A model generated the notes under the pieces. The model was given only the letters and a program-made list of their open reading frames with translations, was not told the origin of the DNA and ran no database searches. Shown in pieces: positions 60,151 through 64,000 of a stretch of 64,000 nt of DNA (the stretch's first letter is position 1; each line of letters begins with the position of its first letter). The translations under genes and the position numbers were made by a program. The stretch is from Squalus acanthias. Lineage: Eukaryota. The stretch lies in contig CM059432.1 in the NCBI GenBank assembly GCA_030390025.1, forward strand, positions 43,216,001-43,280,000, in the 5' to 3' direction.

Positions 60151-63100
60151 TCCAGAAGTGTAATGTGCTAACTGCTGGCACTTTTCCTGGGTCAGTTCAT
60201 TTCCATAATTATTCACAGCTACCTGTGTAAATTTGACCTTGTGCAGGAAGCCAGCCTAATTGGATACAGGAAAATTGCAGTGTTGGTGAAGTTTAAAGGG
60301 ATGTAGTCACTTAAAGGTAAGTAGCCACATAGAGGAACAAAATCCTAACAACCTTCAGAAAAGTTCAAAATGCATTTCAACACATTGGCAACTTTTGGCA
60401 AGTCTGAAGGCTAAGAAGGAGAAATAAGTGTCAAGTAAAAATAAAGTGAAGGGAACCACAATGTGGAAGCACGATGCAGGGTCTGAGGACTTGTGGGACA
60501 ACAGCACAGCACTGTAACCCTATCTCATGACTGGCAAAGTGCACATTATGTTGCATGTGATGGGTGTAAGAAGGATTGCTCTCTTTGACACTCAAGAATG
60601 AGAAGGACTGAAGTGATCTTAATAGCCACGAGTGATGCCATGCCTATGTTGGAAGGTTGGATGCAGATGTCCTTGCAGCAGATGGCCTGTGAAGGCAGCT
60701 GTCCTCAGTCATTGTCGGGTCCTTGTGCCAAAACCTGCAGTTATGCTTGATGGCATAATGGCAGGTGTAGCCATTGTCACTTAGATGCCTGCTGATCTCC
60801 CTGGTACACCTTCTTTCATCCTGCACCACTTCACCTGTGAAATACTATATTTGGGATGCATCCAAACCAATCTCCATCTTTAACTTAACCTTCACTTACT
60901 GCCACTTCACTCTGCAGCTTGTACCTAGATAACTTATGGCTCTTTGAATCTAGTGAAAATTGGTAGTGGAAAAACCCTTTTCATGTGCCCCTTTTTCCAT
61001 TTGTGCCTAGTTTGTTGCAGTGTGTGTTTCACTTACAGTCTACTTTCTAGTGATTTAATGGGCAATATGGACTATTGCTTTTGCGACATTTAAAATCAAA
61101 CTTACCATAAAAGGTAAATAAAAAATAGCCCACAAATATAACTCCAGAAATTCATATCATTACATTACAAAAATATTGGAAAAAATCTCTAGTAAAACAA
61201 GAGTACTGAAAAAGTTCTACAAACATTGTACCAATATTAAATCCAAAGCATGTTCCCTTTTAAGAGTTCTATTGCACCCATTTAAAATGGTCTTAGCAGA
61301 GAATGAGTGCAAAAGCCAAAAAATTGTATCAGCTATCATTTAAATACCATTGCATGATTTCTAGGACCTTAATGAGGCTGAAGCACTCTAGCATACAAAA
61401 TTAAGTCAGGTGGAAAACATATCTAATGCCTCTTCCCCACATTTTTCAGTCACCCTGCACCTGCTCTGCACCTGCAGAACCAGGGCAGATGACCTGAAAA
61501 TCTATTCTCCAGTATCTAACATCACTGGGCTACTTTCTAAAGCTGTTCTCTTTCCCCATGAAGCAGTTTTATGCCATTCAAATTTTTGTTGATAGTGTTT
61601 TAGCTGCCTTTTTTGTGCGTATTGTGTTAGCATCTCTATCTGAATTCTGTTTCATAGCCACAGCTCTTCCCGTTGTACATATTGCTTACTTAAAAATATT
61701 CTCTCACTGTTATGGCATGTATATTGCTATGTGTGCCACGTGGAAATTATTAAATTTTGGATGGTTAACTGCCAAATGTTGTCACTTCCTGAAAATGAAA
61801 CATGTAATTTACTACTCTGCTTCTGACAGAAAGTTTTTAAAAAATTGATTTGGCTGAAAGGTTTGTTGTCGAGCTTCATAATGGAGTTTGGATCAGGTTC
61901 CTTGATTGCCCTTTCTTGTAAACAACCTACATGCAAGTTCATTAAATATTAAAGTGTGCTGGTGTCTATTAATGTTGTCGGACAGTTGAAATATGTCTGA
62001 TAGATTTATTCTGCTATAAAGGAGCCATATCCCACTGTCTCCTGGGACACACTCCAGCTGTTTAGACTATAATTCCATCACTGGCAGAAATGGTTAGGGC
62101 AGACCTCTCTGAAATGTCTTCATTTCTGCTTTCCCTATAAATTGCAAATGAGGCCTTTTGTAATAATGTTAAAATATGCATGTGGAGGAATTAAGGTACC
62201 TTAGGGTCAGTGGCAAAGTCTCAAAAGGGGGTCACTGAAAGCTAGGAGCAGCTGGCAGATGCAGTCCAAAACTTACTTACCCAGAGATTGTTGATCTGAT
62301 TTTTTTTTTATTTTAGAAGAACCACATTTTAATGGTTTATAGATGTCTGCATAAATCTTAGTCAAAAGAATGTGTTTGTAACGGGCTTTTTTGTACTGTA
62401 GTTTTGTTTGTTCTTGTTGCATTTGATCCTGTGTTCTGCCACGAAGCCTGCTGAGAGGATTATCATTTCTCTTTTGCTCTTTCAATGCACCCATCCTGAT
62501 CTCACCAATTAAAAAAAAAATAAGATCAAACTGAAGATGTATATTATACAATTCAAACAGATTGTTTAGAATGGGTTCACATTCCTTATTAAAAATGCTG
62601 TACCACTCCCATTCATTGTAGCATCGAAGTAACGTAGGAACAGAATTCTATTTTTATTATTGTGGACCATATTCAACCTATTGTTATTTTTTATTGCTAT
62701 GAACATATATACAGTAATTTGAGAAGATTAATTCTGAGGCTGAACACCACCCACAATTCATTCAGTCTGGGGGTCAGATGGGCAGCTGCAAAAACTGCTC
62801 TGCTAATTATAAGGATTCGGCATTCGTTAATAGAATCTTTCTCTGCAAACGGCAGATGTGTGTTCGCTCATGCAGATTATTAATTCCGGCTTTACCTCAG
62901 CTGCAGCTTCTGCTGTGCTGAGTGGAATCCACTGATAGAACTGTCAGTTATCAGCAGAGTGATGCTGCCAGAGAGTGAGAGAAACAGAGAGGGGGGAAAA
63001 AATCATTTAATCACAGGTGTACCTAAGCTAGAATCTACCTCTACTCTTTCCACTCACACCCAAACAATTAAACTTCAATTTTGGAATTCATTAATCTGTA

Positions 63101-63364
63101 GGCAACATTACAAGAACTAATTTATGCCTGTCAGAGGCAATGGACAGAAACTAATATGAAGGTAATTGCAATAAAGAAAATCCCAGTACCCTACTGATCA
63201 TGTGCTTTTATTAACAAACATTTGATCTGGCATTTATCATTAAACACAATTAAAAATAACAATGGTCATCTACGACATTAAGCAGCCATATAGGGCATAA
63301 CCTTAACTCTTATCTATGTAAATTTAATTAATGAAATGAAACTGCAACATTTTGTTATTTTTCC

Positions 63365-63642
63365 TTAGGATGTGGGTGATACTGGCAAAATGGTATTTAT
63401 TGCCGATCCCTAGAGCATTAAGAGTGGGAATAGAGCCATGTGTAGGCCTGACCAGATAGGGGGCAGCAGAATATTGGTGGAACTAGTTGGGTATTTATGA
63501 CAATCCAGTAGTTTTTATGGTCATTTTCTGGCAGCAGACCACAAATAACCAGACATATTGAGTTCAATTTCATAACTTGCCATATTGGGATTTGAGCTTA
63601 CAATCGCTGGGTTGCTCGTCTAGTGTCATAACGACTAGGCTC
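63365..63642 (-). mobile_element. tRNA-headed SINE with LINE-shared tail
   Basis: Colinear with 20262-20522; GGATGTGGGTGATACTGGCAA..ATTTATTGCC tail. Confidence 0.68.
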
Positions 63643-64000
63643 CTATTTGCATTATGCAGCTTGCCTGGAAATAAATTGGCTGTGCAAATACATTGAGTTT
63701 ATATTATTATGAAAGATACAATATAACCCCCATTAAGCCAAAACATTAACTTATAACAATATATCTACATGGACATCAGCATTGTAGCATGCTGTGGAAA
63801 TATAAAATTAGGAAGCAAGTTGAAATCTCCATGAAAAATTGAAAATATTGTTCCTATGAAATGAATAGTAAAAGGAAAACAAATGCTGTCCTAAAATGTG
63901 CTTGTATGTACATTTTTCTTTAAATAGCAGGCCAATTTTCAAAATCTAGTACATGCAGAGAAAGATCCTGTTAATGACTGGGAAATTCTTATCCTGTAAT

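Noticed and set aside
60644..60835. Minus-strand coding exon
   Set aside because: MTEDSCLHR resembles a decayed Harbinger transposase N-terminus; too degenerate to call.

Overview
Eukaryotic, transposon-dense, apparently intronic or intergenic DNA, most likely from a cartilaginous fish (shark). This is inferred from HE1-type V-SINE, SacSINE1-type DeuSINEs and HER1-like CR1 LINEs. Main contents: (1) an apparently intact autonomous two-gene PIF/Harbinger transposon (13333-17582) with a DDE transposase and a convergent 3-exon Myb/SANT-like gene, plus centrally deleted Harbingers of three families and many TIR-bounded non-autonomous elements; (2) a full-length CR1 LINE (zinc-finger/esterase ORF1, APE-RT ORF2 with one nonsense codon, 76-bp 5' monomers) and many truncated CR1/L2 copies; (3) several Penelope-like insertions forming long inverted repeats, most carrying minimal hammerhead ribozyme motifs and all flanked by 12-16 bp target duplications. 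These elements are repeatedly nested inside each other. No host gene can be identified with confidence; a few exon-like segments and one unexplained ~168-codon reading frame are flagged. All calls are by eye, with no database search.
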